DNA from: Raillietiella orientalis
Taxonomy: Eukaryota
Length of the DNA: 64,000 nt
Direction: 5' to 3'
NCBI GenBank assembly: GCA_036172245.1
Contig: JAYWIR010000105.1
Coordinates: 62,001 to 126,000, forward strand
Shown: piece after piece, positions 48,800 to 63,700 of the stretch
Layout: the number at the start of each line of letters is the position of its first letter
Numbering within the stretch: the first letter of the stretch is position 1
Notes under the pieces: generated by a model
Seen by the model: the letters and a program-made list of their open reading frames with translations, nothing else
The model's database searches: none
What the model was told of the DNA's origin: nothing
Position numbers and translations under genes: made by a program

Positions 48800-51700
48800 G
48801 GGCAATGGTGAAATCTTCTGTTTTCTAACTGATTACAAATCCCCAAAAGCTGCAACGTTGGACCGCATAATAAATGAGAGCGAAGGAGAATATTCCCCTT
48901 GTAAGTCCGCCACTGGTTACCATGAAAACAAGACAGAGTAAAAGTGCCACGCCCTAATGAAATTTCGAACTCTTGTTAATCATCCTCTGAAAGCAGAAAT
49001 TGGAAGGGCTTCGGCTCTCCATGAAAGGGATTTGCCACTCACCGCAAAACTTCGTGAAGAGGCGCAAAAGTGCAATGGTGAAATCTTTTGTTTTCTAATT
49101 TCTTACAGATCCGCAAAACCTGCAAAGTTGGACCACATAATGAATGAGAGCGAAGGAGAATATTCCCTTTGTAAGTCCGACACTGGTTACCATGAAAACA
49201 AGACAGAGTCCAAAGTGCCACGCCCTAATGAAATTTCGAACTCTTCTTAATCATCCTCTGAAAGCAGAAATTGGAAGGGCTTTCGGCTCTCCATGAAAGG
49301 TATTTCCACTCACTGCAAAAGGATGCTTCGTGAAGAGGCCCAACAAAGTGCAATGGTGAAATCTTTTGTTTTCTAATTTCTTTCAAATCCCCAAAAGCTG
49401 CAAAGTTAAACCGCATAATTAATGAGAGCGAAGGAGAATATTAACCTTTTGAGTCCGGTACTGGTTACCATGAAAACAAGACAGAGTCCAAAGTGCCACG
49501 CCCTAATGAAATTTCGAACTCTTCTTAATCATCCTCTGAAAGCGGAGATTGGAAGGGCTTGCGGCTCTCCATGAATGGGATTTGCCACTCACTGCAAAAG
49601 GATGCTTCGTGAAGAGGTGCAAAAGTGCAATGGTGAAATCTTTTGTTTTCTAATTTCTTACATATCCGCAAAAGCTGCAAAGTTGGAGCACGTAATCAGT
49701 GAGAGCGAAGGTGAATATTCCCCTTGTAAGTCCGACACTGGTTACCATGAAAACAAGACAGAGTCCAAAGTGCCAGGCCCTAATGAAATTTCGAACTCTT
49801 CTTAATCATCCTCTGAAAGCAGAAATTGGAAGGGCTTTCGGCTCTCCATGAAAGTTATTTGCCACTCACTGCAAAAGGATGCTTCGTGAAGAGGTGCAAA
49901 AGTGCAATGGTGAAATCTTTTGTTTTCTAATTTCTTACATATCCGCAAAAGCTGCAAAGTTGGACCACATAATGAATGAGAGCGAAGGAGAATATTCCCC
50001 TTGTAAGTCCGACACTGGTTACCATGAAAACAAGACAGAGTCCAAAGTGCCACGCCCTAATGAAATTTCGAACTTTTCTTAATCATCCTCTGAAAGCCGA
50101 AATTGTTAGGGCTTTCGGCTCTCCATAAAAGGGATTTGCCACTCACTGCAAAAGGATGCTTCGTGCTGAGGCGCAAAAGGGCAATGGTGAAATCTTCTGT
50201 TTTCTAATTGTTTACAAATCCCGAAAAGCTGCAAAGTTGGACCGCATAATGAATGAGAGCGAAGGAGAATATTCCCTTTGTAAGTCCGACACTGGTTACC
50301 ATGAAAACAAGACAGAGTGCAAAGTGCCACGCCCAAATGAAATTTCGAACTCTTGTTAATCATCCTCTGAAAGCAGAAATTGGAAGGGCTTTCGGCTCTC
50401 CATGAAAGGGATTCACTCACTGCAAAAGGATGCTTCGTGAAGATTGCGCAAAAGCGCAATGGTGAAATCTTTTGTTTTCTAATTTCTTACATATCCGCAA
50501 AAGCTGCAAAGTTGGATCACATAATGAATGAGAGCGAAGGAGAATATTCCCCTTGTAAGTCCGACACTGGTTACCATGAAAACAAGACAGAGTCCAAAGT
50601 GCCACGCCCTAATGAAATTTCGAACTCTTCTTAATCATCCTCTGAAAGCAGAAATTCGAAGGGCTTTCGGCTCTCCATGAAAGGATTTGCCACTCACTGC
50701 AAAAGGATGCTTCGTGAAGAGGCCAAAAGTGCAATGGTGAAATCTTTTGTTTTCTAATTTCTTTAAATCCCAAAAGCTGCAAAGTTAAACCGCATAATTA
50801 ATGAGAGCGAAGGAGAATATTAACCTTTTGAGTCCGGTACTGGTTATGAAAACAAGACAGAGTCCAAAGTGCCACGCCCTAATGAAATTTCGAACTCTTC
50901 TTAATCATCCTCTGAAAGCGGAGATTGGAAGGGCTTGCGGCTCTCCATGAATGGGATTTGCCACTCACTGCAAAAGGATGCTTCGTGAAGAGGTGCAAAA
51001 GTGCAATGGTGAAATCTTTTGTTTTCTAATTTCTTACATATCCGCAAAAGCTGCAAAGTTGGAGCACGTAATCAGTGAGAGCGAAGGTGAATATTCCCCT
51101 TGTAAGTCCGGCACTGGTTACCATGAAAACAAGACAGAGTCCAAAGTGCCAGGCCCAAATGAAATTTCGAACTCTTCTTAATCATCCTCTGAAAGCAGAA
51201 ATTGGAAGAGCTTTCGGCTCTCCATGAAAGTTATTCGCCACTCACTGCAAAAGGATGCTTCGTGAAGAGGTGCAAAAGTGCAATGGTGAAATCTTTTGTT
51301 TTCTAATTTCTTACATATCCGCAAAAGCTGCAAAGTTGGAGCACGTAATCAACGAGAGTGAAGGTGAATATTCCCCTTGTAAGTCCGCCACTGGTTACCA
51401 TGAAAACAAGACAGAGTAAAAGTGCCACGCCCTAATGAAATTTCGAACTCTTCTTAATCATCCTCTGAAAGCAGAAATTCGAAGGGCTTTCGGCTCTCCA
51501 TGAAAAGGATTTGCCACTCACTGCAAAAGGATGCTTCGTGAAGAGGCGCAAAAGGGCAATGGTGAAATCTTTTGTTTTCTAATTTCTTTCAAATCCCCAA
51601 AAGCTGCAAAGTTAAACCGCATAATTAATGAGAGCGAAGGAGAATATTAACCTTTTGAGTCCGGTACTGGTTACCATGAAAACAAGACAGAGTCCAAAGT

Positions 51701-54700
51701 GCCACGCCCTAATGAAATTTCGAACTCTTCTTAATCATCCTCTGAAAGCGGAGATTGGAAGGGCTTGCGGCTCTCCATGAATGGGATTTGCCACTCACTG
51801 CAAAAGGATGCTTCGTGAAGAGGTGCAAAAGTGCAATGGTGAAATCTTTTGTTTTCTAATTTCTTACATATCCGCAAAAGCTGCAAAGTTGGAGCACGTA
51901 ATCAGTGAGAGCGAAGGTGAATATTCCCCTTGTAAGTCCGGCACTGGTTACCATGAAAACAAGACAGAGTCCAAAGTGCCAGGCCCAAATGAAATTTCGA
52001 ACTCTTCTTAATCATCCTCTGAAAGCAGAAATTGGAAGAGCTTTCGGCTCTCCATGAAAGTTATTCGCCACTCACTGCAAAAGGATGCTTCGTGAAGAGG
52101 TGCAAAAGTGCAATGGTGAAATCTTTTGTTTTCTAATTTCTTACATATCCGCAAAAGCTGCAAAGTTGGAGCACGTAATCAATGAGAGTGAAGGTGAATA
52201 TTCCCCTTGTAAGTCCGACACTGGTTACCATGAAAACAAGACAGAGTCCAAGGTGCCACGCCCTAATGAAATTTCGAACTTTTCTTAATCATCCTCTGAA
52301 AGCCGAAATTGGAATGGCTTTCGGCTCTCCATAAAGGGGATTTGCCACTCACTGCAAAGGATGCTTCGTGCTGAGGCGCAAAAGGGCAATGGTGAAATCT
52401 TCTGTTTTCTAACTGATTACAAATCCCCAAAAGCTGCAACGTTGGACCGCATAATAAATGAGAGCGAAGGAGAATATTCCCCTTGTAAGTCCGCCACTGG
52501 TTACCATGAAAACAAGACAGAGTAAAAGTGCCACGCCCTAATGAAATTTCGAACTCTTGTTAATCATCCTCTGAAAGAAGAAATTGGAAGGGCTTCGGCT
52601 CTCCATGAAAGGGATTTGCCACTCACTGCAAAGGGAAACTTCGTGAAGAGGCGCAAAAGTGCAATGGTGAAATCTTTTGTTTTCTAATTTCTTACAGATC
52701 CGCAAAACCTGCAAAGTTGGACCACATAATGAATGAGAGCGAAGGAGAATATTCCCTTTGTAAGTCCGACACTGGTTACCATGAAAACAAGACAGAGTCC
52801 AAAGTGCCACGCCCTAATGAAATTTCGAACTCTTCTTAATCATCCTCTGAAAGCAGAAATTCGAAGGGCTTTCGGCTCTCCATGAAAAGGATTTGCCACT
52901 CACTGCAAAAGGATGCTTCGTGAAGAGGCCCAAAGTGCAATGGTGAAATCTTTTGTTTTCTAATTTCTTTCAAATCCCCAAAAGCTGCAAAGTTAAACCG
53001 CATAATTAATGAGAGCGAAGGAGAATATTAACCTTTTGAGTCCGGTACTGGTTACCATGAAAACAAGACAGAGTCCAAAGTACCACGCCCTAATGAAATT
53101 TCGAACTCTTCTTAATCATCCTCTGAAAGCGGAGATTGGAAGGGCTTGCGGCTCTCCATGAATGGGATTTGCCACTCACTGCAAAAGGATGCTTCGTGAA
53201 GAGGTGCAAAAGTGCAATGGTGAAATCTTTTGTTTTCTAATTTCTTACATATCCGCAAAAGCTGCAAAGTTGGAGCACGTAATCAGTGAGAGCGCAGGTG
53301 AATATTCCCCTTGTAAGTCCGACACTGGTTACCATGAAAACAAGACAGAGTCCAAAGTGCCAGGCCCTAATGAAATTTCGAACTCTTCTTAATCATCCTC
53401 TGAAAGCAGAAATTGGAAGAGCTTTCGGCTCTCCATGAAAGTTATTCGCCACTCACTGCAAAAGGATGCTTCGTGAAGAGGTGCAAAAGTGCAATGGTGA
53501 AATCTTTTGTTTTCTAATTTCTTACATATCCGCAAAAGCTGCAAAGTTGGAGCACGTAATCAACGAGAGTGAAGGTGAATATTCCCCTTGTAAGTCCGAC
53601 ACTGGTTACCATGAAAACAAGACAGAGTAAAAGTGCCACGCCCTAATGAAACTTCGAACTCTTGTTAATCATCCTCTGGAAGCAGAAATTCGAAGGGCTT
53701 TCGGCTCTCCATAAAAGGGATTTGCCACTGACTGCAAAAGGATGCTTCGTGATGAGGAGCAAAAGTGCAATGGTGAAATCTTCTGTTTTCTAACTGATTA
53801 CATATCCCCAAAAGCCGCAAAGTTGGACCACATAATAAATGAGAGCGAAGGAGAACATTAACCTTTTGAGTCCCCTACTGGTTACCATGAAAACAAGACA
53901 GAGTAAAAGTGCCACGGCCTAATGAAATTTGGAACTCTTCTTAATCATCCTCTGAAAGCAGAAATTGGAAGGGCTTTCGGCTATCCATGAAAAAGATTTG
54001 CCACTCACTGCTAAAGGATGCTTCTTGAAGAGGCTCAAAAGTGCAATGGTGAAATCTTCTGTTTTCTAATTTCTTACAGATCCGCAAAAGCTGCAAAGTT
54101 GGACAACATAATGAATGAGAGCGAAGGAGAATATTCCCCTTGTAAGTCCGACACTGGTTACAATGAAAACAACACAGAGTCCAAAGTGCCACGCCCTAAT
54201 GAAACTTCGAACTTTTCTTAATCATCCTCTAAAAGCAGAGATTGGAAGCGCTTAAGGCTCTCCATGAAAGGGATTTGCCACTCACTGCAAAAGGATGCTT
54301 CGTGAAGAGGTGCAAAAGTGCAATGGTGAAATCCTCAGTTTTCTAATTGAATACAAATCCCCAAAAGCTGCAAAGTTGGACCACATAATGAATGGGAGCG
54401 AAGGAGAATATTCCCCTTGTAAGTCCGACACTGGTTACTATGAAAACAAGACAGAGTGCAAAGTGCCACGCCCTAATGAAATTTCGAACTCTTGTTAATC
54501 ATCCTCTGAAAGCAGAAATTGGAATGGCTTTCGGCTCTCCATAAAGGGGATTTGCCACTCACTGCAAAGGATGCTTCGTGCTGAGGCGCAAAAGGGCAAT
54601 GGTGAAATCTTCTGTTTTCTAACTGATTACAAATCCCCAAAAGCTGCAACGTTGGACCGCATAATAAATGAGAGCGAAGGAGAATATTCCCCTTGTAAGT

Positions 54701-57700
54701 CCGCCACTGGTTACCATGAAAACAAGACAGAGTAAAAGTGCCACGCCCTAATGAAATTTCGAACTCTTGTTAATCATCCTCTGAAAGCAGAAATTGGAAG
54801 GGCTTCGGCTCTCCATGAAAGGGATTTGCCACTCACCGCAAAAGGAAACTTCGTGAAGAGGCGCAAAAGTGCAATGGTGAAATCTTTTGTTTTCTAATTT
54901 CTTACAGATCCGCAAAACCTGCAAAGTTGGACCACATAATGAATGAGAGCGAAGGAGAATATTCCCTTTGTAAGTCCGACACTGGTTACCTTGAAAACAA
55001 GACAGAGTCCAAAGTGCCACGCCCTAATGAAATTTCCAACTCTTCTTAATCATCCTCTGAAAGCAGAAATTCGAAGGGCTTTCGGCTCTCCATGAAAAGG
55101 ATTTGCCACTCACTGCAAAAGGATGCTTCGTGAAGAGGCCCAAAGTGCAATGGTGAAATCTTTTGTTTTCTAATTTCTTTCAAATCCCCAAAAGCTGCAA
55201 AGTTAAACCGCATAATTAATGAGAGCGAAGGAGAATATTAACCTTTTGAGTCCGGTACTGGTTACCATGAAAACAAGACAGAGTCCAAAGTGCCACGCCC
55301 TAATGAAATTTCGAACTCTTCTTAATCATCCTCTGAAAGCGGAGATTGGAAGGGCTTGCGGCTCTCCATGAATGGGATTTGCCACTCACTGCAAAAGGAT
55401 GCTTCGTGAAGAGGTGCAAAAGTGCAATGGTGAAATCTTTTGTTTTCTAATTTCTTACATATCCGCAAAAGCTGCAAAGTTGGAGCACGTAATCAGTGAG
55501 AGCGAAGGTGAATATTCCCCTTGTAAGTCCGGCACTGGTTACCATGAAAACAAGACAGAGTCCAAAGTGCCAGGCCCAAATGAAATTTCGAACTCTTCTT
55601 AATCATCCTCTGAAAGCAGAAATTGGAAGAGCTTTCGGCTCTCCATGAAAGTTATTCGCCACTCACTGCAAAAGGATGCTTCGTGAAGAGGTGCAAAAGT
55701 GCAATGGTGAAATCTTTTGTTTTCTAATTTCTTACATATCCGCAAAAGCTGCAAAGTTGGAGCACGTAATCAATGAGAGTGAAGGTGAATATTCCCCTTG
55801 TAAGTCCGACACTGGTTACCATGAAAACAAGACAGAGTCCAAGGTGCCACGCCCTAATGAAATTTCGAACTTTTCTTAATCATCCTCTGAAAGCCGAAAT
55901 TGGAATGGCTTTCGGCTCTCCATAAAGGGGATTTGCCACTCACTGCAAAGGATGCTTCGTGCTGAGGCGCAAAAGGGCAATGGTGAAATCTTCTGTTTTC
56001 TAACTGATTACAAATCCCCAAAAGCTGCAACGTTGGACCGCATAATAAATGAGAGCGAAGGAGAATATTCCCCTTGTAAGTCCGCCACTGGTTACCATGA
56101 AAACAAGACAGAGTAAAAGTGCCACGCCCTAATGAAATTTCGAACTCTTGTTAATCATCCTCTGAAAGCAGAAATTGGAAGGGCTTCGGCTCTCCATGAA
56201 AGGGATTTGCCACTCACTGCAAAAGGAATCTTCGTGAAGAGGCGCAAAAGTGCAATGGTGAAATCTTTTGTTTTCTAATTTCTTACAGATCCGCAAAACC
56301 TGCAAAGTTGGACCACATAATGAATGAGAGCGAAGGAGAATATTCCCTTTGTAAGTCCGACACTGGTTACCATGAAAACAAGACAGAGTCCAAAGTGCCA
56401 CGCCCTAATGAAATTTCGAACTCTTCTTAATCATCCTCTGAAAGCAGAAATTCGAAGGGCTTTCGGCTCTCCATGAAAAGGATTTGCCACTCACTGCAAA
56501 AGGATGCTTCGTGAAGAGGCCCAAAGTGCAATGGTGAAATCTTTTGTTTTCTAATTTCTTTCAAATCCCCAAAAGCTGCAAAGTTAAAACGCATAATTAA
56601 TGAGAGCGAAGGAGAATATTAACCTTTTGAGTCCGGTACTGGTTACCATGAAAACAAGACAGAGTCCAAAGTACCACGCCCTAATGAAATTTCGAACTCT
56701 TCTTAATCATCCTCTGAAAGCGGAGATTGGAAGGGCTTGCGGCTCTCCATGAATGGGATTTGCCACTCACTGCAAAAGGATGCTTCGTGAAGAGGTGCAA
56801 AAGTGCAATGGTGAAATCTTTTGTTTTCTAATTTCTTACATATCCGCAAAAGCTGCAAAGTTGGAGCACGTAATCAGTGAGAGCGCAGGTGAATATTCCC
56901 CTTGTAAGTCCGACACTGGTTACCATGAAAACAAGACAGAGTCCAAAGTGCCAGGCCCTAATGAAATTTCGAACTCTTCTTAATCATCCTCTGAAAGCAG
57001 AAATTGGAAGAGCTTTCGGTTCTCCATGAAAGTTATTCGCCACTCACTGCAAAAGGATGCTTCGTGAAGAGGTGCAAAAGTGCAATGGTGAAATCTTTTG
57101 TTTTCTAATTTCTTACATATCCGCAAAAGCTGCAAAGTTGGAGCACGTAATCAACGAGAGTGAAGGTGAATATTCCCCTTGTAAGTCCGACACTGGTTAC
57201 CATGAAAACAAGACAGAGTCCAAAGTGCCACGCCCTAATGAACCTTCGAACTTTTCTTAATCATCCTCTGAAAGCAGAGATTGGAAGCGCTTAAGGCTCT
57301 CCATGAAAGGGATTTGCCACTCACTGCAAAAGGATGCTTCGTAAAGAGGTGCAAAAGTGCAATGGTGAAATCCTCAGTTTTCTAATTGAATACAAATCCC
57401 CAAAAGCTGCAAAGTTGGACCACATAATGAATGGGAGCGAAGGAGAATATTCCCCTTGTAAGTCCGACACTGGTTACTATGAAAACAAGACAGAGTCCAA
57501 TGTGCCAGGCCCAAATGAAATTTCGAACTCTTCTTAATCATCCTCTGAAAGCAGAAATTGGAATGGCTTTCGGCTCTCCATAAAGGGGATTTGCCACTCA
57601 CTGCAAAGGATGCTTCGTGAAGAGGTGCAAAAGTGCAATGGTGAAATCTTCTGTTTTCTAACTGATTACAAATCCCCAAAAGCTGCAACGTTGGACCGCA

Positions 57701-60700
57701 TAATAAATGAGAGCGAAGGAGAATATTAACCTTTTGAGTCCCGTGCTGGTTACCATGAAAACAAGACAGAGTCCAAAGTGCCACGCCCTAATGAAATTTC
57801 GAACTCTTGTTAATCATCCTCTGAAAGCAGAAATTCGAAGGGCTTTCGGCTCTCCATGAAAAGGATTTGCCACTCACTGCAAAAGGATGCTTCGTGAAGA
57901 GGCCCAAAGTGCAATGGTGAAATCTTTTGTTTTCTAATTTCTTTCAAATCCCCAAAAGCTGCAAAGTTAAACCGCATAATTAATGAGAGCGAAGGAGAAT
58001 ATTAACCTTTTGAGTCCGGTACTGGTTACCATGAAAACAAGACAGAGTCCAAAGTGCCACGCCCTAATGAAATTTCGAACTCTTCTTAATCATCCTCTGA
58101 AAGCGGAGATTGGAAGGGCTTGCGGCTCTCCATGAATGGGATTTGCCACTCACTGCAAAAGGATGCTTCGTGAAGATGTGCAAAAGTGCAATGGTGAAAT
58201 CTTTTGTTTTCTAATTTCTTACATATCCGCAAAAGCTGCAAAGTTGGAGCACGTAATCAGTGAGAGCGAAGGTGAATATTCCCCTTGTAAGTCCCACACT
58301 GGTTACCATGAAAACAAGACAGAGTCCAAAGTGCCAGGCCCAAATGAAATTTCGAACTCTTCTTAATCATCCTCTGAAAGCAGAAATTGGAAGAGCTTTC
58401 GGCTCTCCATGAAAGTTATTCGCCACTCACTGCCAAAGGATGCTTCGTGAAGAGGTGCAAAAGTGCAATGGTGAAATCTTTTGTTTTCTAATTTCTTACA
58501 TATCCGCAAAAGCTGCAAAGTTGGAGCACGTAATCAATGAGAGTGAAGGTGAATATTCCCCTTGTAAGTCCGACACTGGTTACCATGAAAACAAGACAGA
58601 GTCCAAGGTGCCACGCCCTAATGAAATTTCGAACTTTTCTTAATCATCCTCTGAAAGCCGAAATTGTTAGGGCTTTCGGTTCTCCATAAAAGGGATCTGC
58701 CACTCACTGCAAAAGGATGCTTCGTGAAGAGGTGCAAAAGTGCAATGGTGAAATCCTCAGTTTTCTAATTGAATACAAATCCCCAAAAGCTGCAAAGTTG
58801 GACCACATAATGAATGGGAGCGAAGGAGAATATTCCCCTTGTAAGTCCAACACTGGTTACCATGAAAACAAGACAGAATGCAAAGTGCCACGCCCTAATG
58901 AAATTTCGAACTCTTGTTAATCATCCTCTGAAAGCAGAAATTGGAAGGGCATTCGGCTCTCCATGGAAGGGATTCGCCACTCAATGCAAAAGGATGCTTC
59001 GTGAAGAGGTGCAAAAGTGCAATGGTGAAATCTTCTGTTTTCTAATTTCTTACAGATCCGCGAAAGCTGCAAAGTTGGACCACATAATGAATGAGAGCGA
59101 AGGAGAATATTCCCCTTGTAAGTCCGACACTGGTTACAATGAAAACAACACAGAGTCCAAAGTGCCACGCCCTAATGAAACTTCGAACTTTTCTTAATCA
59201 TCCTCTGAAAGCAGAGATTGGAAGCGCTTAAGGGTCTCCATGAAAGGGATTTGCCACTCACTGCAAAAGCATGCTTCGTGCTGAGGCGCAAAAGGGAAAT
59301 GGTGAAATCTTCTGTTTTCTAACTGATTACAAATCCCCAAAAGCTGCAAAGTTGGACCGCATAATAAATGAGAGCGAAAAAGAATATTCCCCTTGTAAGT
59401 CCGCCACTGGTTACCATGAAAACAAGACAGAGTAAAAGTGCCACGCCCTAATGAAATTTGGAACTCTTCTTAATCATCCTCTGAAAGCAGAAATTGGAAG
59501 GGCTTTCGGCTATCCATGAAAAAGATTTGCCACTCACTGCAAAAGGATGCTTCTTGAAGAGGCTCAAAAGTGCAATGGTGAAATCTTCTGTTTTCTAATT
59601 TCTTACAGATCCGCAAAAGCTGCAAAGTTGGACCACATAATGAATGAGAGCGAAGGAGAATATTCCTTTTGTAAGTCCGACACTGGTTACTATGAAAACA
59701 AGACAGAGTGCAAAGTGCCACGCCCTAATGAAATTTCGAACTCTTGTTGATCATCCTCTGAAAGCAGAAATTGGAATGGCTTTCCGCTCTCCATAAAGGG
59801 GATTTGCCACTCACTACAAAAGAATGATTCGTGCTGAGGCGCAAAAGGGCAACCGTGAAATCTTCTGTATTCTAACTGATTACAAATCCGCAAAAGCTGC
59901 AAAGTTGGACCGCATAATAAAGGAGAGCAAAGGAGAATATTCCCCTTGTAAGTCCGCCACTGGTTACCATGAAAACAAAACAGAGTAAAAGTGCCACGCC
60001 CAAATGAAATTTCGAACTTTTCTTATTCATCCTCTGAAAGCCGAAATTGGAATGGCTTTCCGCTCTCCATAAAGGGGATTTGCCACTCACTGCAAAAGGA
60101 TGCTTCGTGCTGAGGCGCAAAAGGGCAATGGTGAAATCTTCTGTTTTCTTACTGATTACAAATCCCCAAAAGCTGCAAAGTTGGACCGCATAATGAATGA
60201 GAGCGAAGGAGAATATTCCCTTTGTAAGTGCGACACTGGTTACCATGAAAACAAGACAGAGTCGAAAGTGCCACTCCCTAATAAAATTTCGAACTCTTCT
60301 TACTCATCCCCTGAAAGCAGAAATTGGAAGGGCTTTCGGCTCTCCATGAAAGGGATACCCCACTCACTGGAAATGGATGCTTCTTCAAGAGACGCAAAAG
60401 TGCAATGGTGAAATCTTCTGTTTTCTAATTGTTTACAAATCCCGAAAAGCTGCAAAGTTGGACCACATAATGAATGGGAGCGAAGGAGAATATTCCCCTT
60501 GTAAGTCCGACACTGGTTACTATGAAAACAAGACAGAGTGCAAAGTGCCACGCCCTAATGAAACTTCGAACTTTTCTTAATCATCCTCTGAAAGCAGAGA
60601 TTGGAAGCGCTTAAGGGTCTCCATGAAAGGGATTTGCCACTCACTGCAAAAGGATGCTTCGTGAAGAGGTGCAAAAGTGCAATAGTGAAATCCTTAGTTT

Positions 60701-63700
60701 TCTAATTGAATACAAATCCCCAAAAGCTGCAAAGTTGGACCACATAATGAATGGGAGCGAAGGAGAATATTCCCCTTGTAAGTCCGACACTGGTTACTAT
60801 GAAAACAAGACAGAGTGCAAAGTGCCACGCCCTAATGAAATTTCGAACTCTTGTTAATCATCCTCTGAAAGCAGAAATTGGAATGGCTTTCGGCTCTCCA
60901 TGAAGGGGATTTGCCACTCACTGCAAAAGGATGCTTCGTGCTGAGGCGCAAAAGGGAAATGGTGAAATCTTCTGTTTTCTAATTGAATACAAATCCCCAA
61001 AAGCTGCAAAGTTGGACCACATAATGAATGGGAGCGAAGGAGAATATTCCCCTTGTAAGTCCGCCACTGGTTACCATGAAAACAAGACAGAGTAAAAGTG
61101 CCACGCCCTAATGAAATTTGGAACTCTTCTTAATCATCCTCTGAAAGCAAGAAATTGGAAGGGCTTTCGGCTATCCATGAAAAAGATTTGCCACTCACTG
61201 CAAAAGGATGCTTCTTGAAGAGGCTCAAAAGTGCAATGGTGAAATCTTCTGTTTTCTAATTTCTTACAGATCCGCAAAAGCTGCAAAGTTGGACCACGTA
61301 ATGAATGAGAGCGAAGGAGAATATTCCCCTTGTAAGTCCGACACTGGTTACAATGAAAACAACACAGAGTCCAAAGTGCCACGCCCTAATGAAACTTCGA
61401 ACTTTTCTTAATTATCCTCTGAAAGCAGAGATTGGAAGCGCTTAAGGCTCACCATGAAAGGGATTTGCCACTCACTGCAAAAGGATTCTTCGTGAAGAGG
61501 TGCAAAAGTGCAATAGTGAAATCCTCAGTTTTCTAATTGAATACAAATCCCCAAAAGCTGCAAAGTTGGACCACATAATGAATGGGAGCGAAGGAGAATA
61601 TTCCCCTTGTAAGTCCGACACTGGTTACTATGAAAACAAGACAGAGTGCAAAGTGCCACGCCCTAATGAAATTTCGAACTCTTCTTAATCATCCTCTGAA
61701 AGCAGAAATTGGAAGGGCTTTCGGCTCGCCATGAAAGGGATTCGCCACTCACTGCAAAAGGATGCTTCGTGCTGAGGCGCAAAAAAGCAATGGTGAAATC
61801 TTCTGTTTTCTAATTGTTTACAAATCCCGAAAAGCTGCAAAGTTGGACCGCATAATAAATGAGAGCGAAGGAGAATATTCCCCTTTTAAGTCCGCCTCTG
61901 GTTACCATGAAAACAAGACAGAGTAAAAGTGCCACGCCCTAATGAAATTTCGAACTCTTCTTAATCATCCTCTGAAAGCAGAAATTGGAAGGGCTTTCGG
62001 CTCTCCATGAAAGGAATACCCCACTCACTGGAAATGGATGCTTCTTCAAGAGACGCAAAAGTGCAATGGTGAAATCTTCTGTTTTCTAATTGTTTACAAA
62101 TCCCGAAAAGCTGCAAAGTTGGACTACATAATGAATGAGAGCGAAGGAGAATATTCCCCTTGTAAGTCCGACACTGGTTACAATGAAAACAACACAGAGT
62201 CCAAAGTGCCACGCCCTAATGTAATTTCGATCTCTTCTTAATCATCCTCTGAAAGCAGAGATTGGAAGGGCTTCGGCTCTCCATGAAAGGGATTTGCCAC
62301 TCACTGCAAAAGGAAACTTCGTGAAGAGGCGCAAAAGTGCAATGGTGAAATCCTCAGTTTTCCAATTGAATACAAATCCCCAAAAGCTGCAAAGTTGGAC
62401 CACATAATGAATGGGAGCGAAGGAGAATATTCCCCTTGTAAGTCCGACACTGGTTACTATGAAAACAAGACAGAGTCCAAAGTGCCACGCCCTAATGAAA
62501 TTTGGAACTCTTCTTAATCATCCTCTGAAAGCATAAATTGGAAGGGCTTTCGGCTCTCCATGAAAGGGATTTGCCACTCACTGCAAATGGATGCTTCTTC
62601 AAGAGGCTCAAAAGTGCAATGGTGAAATCATCTGTATTCTAATTTCTTTCATATCCCCAAAAGCTGCAAAGTTGGACCGCATAATGAATGAGAGCGAAGG
62701 AGAATATTCCCTTTGTAAGTCCGACACTGGTTACCTTGAAAACAAGACAGAGTCGAAAGTGCCACTCCCTAATGAAATTTCGAACTCTTCTTAATCATCC
62801 CCTGAAAGCAGAAATTGGAAGGGCTTTCGGCTCTCCATGAAAGGGATACCCCACTCACTGGAAATGGATGCTTCTTCAAGAGACGCAAAAGTGCAATGGT
62901 GAAATCTTCTGTTTTCTAATTGTTTACAAATCCAGAAAAGCAGCAAAGTTGGACCACATAATGAATGGGAGCGAAGGAGAATATTCCCCTTGTAAGTCCG
63001 ACACTGGTTACTATGAAAACAAGACAGAGTGCAAAGTGCCACGCCCTAATGAAACTTCGAACTTTTCTTAATCATCCTCTGAAAGCAGAGATTGGAAGCG
63101 CTTAAGGGTCTCCATGAAAGGGATTTGCCACTCACTGCAAAAGGATGCTTCGTGAAGAGGTGCAAAAGTGCAATAGTGAAATCCTCAGTTTTCTAATTGA
63201 ATACAAATCCCCAAAAGCTGCAAAGTTGGACCACATAATGAATGGGAGCGAAGGAGAATATTCCCCTTGTAAGTCCGACACTGGTTACTATGAAAACAAG
63301 ACAGAGTGCAAAGTGCCACGCCCTAATGAAATTTCGAACTCTTGTTAATCATCCTCTGAAAGCAGAAATTGGAATGGCTTTCGGCTCTCCATAAAGGGGA
63401 TTTGCCACTCACTGCAAAAGGATGCTTCGTGCTGAGGCGCAAAAGGGAAATGGTGAAATCTTCTGTTTTCTAATTGAATACAAATCCCCAAAAGCTGCAA
63501 AGTTGGACCACATAATGAATGGGAGCGAAGGAGAATATTCCCCTTGTTAGTCCGCCACTGGTTACCATGAAAACAAGACAGAGTAAAAGTGCCACGCCCT
63601 AATGAAATTTGGAACTCTTCTTAATCATCCTCTGAAAGCAGAAATTGGAAGGGCTTTCGGCTATCCATGAAAAAGATTTGCCTCTCACTGCAAAAGGATG

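Noticed and set aside
50400..50860. Cluster of 1-3 bp deletions in satellite monomers, and the indel patch at 19620-19700 vs 22600-22680
   Set aside because: Pattern is consistent with local consensus errors; needs raw reads
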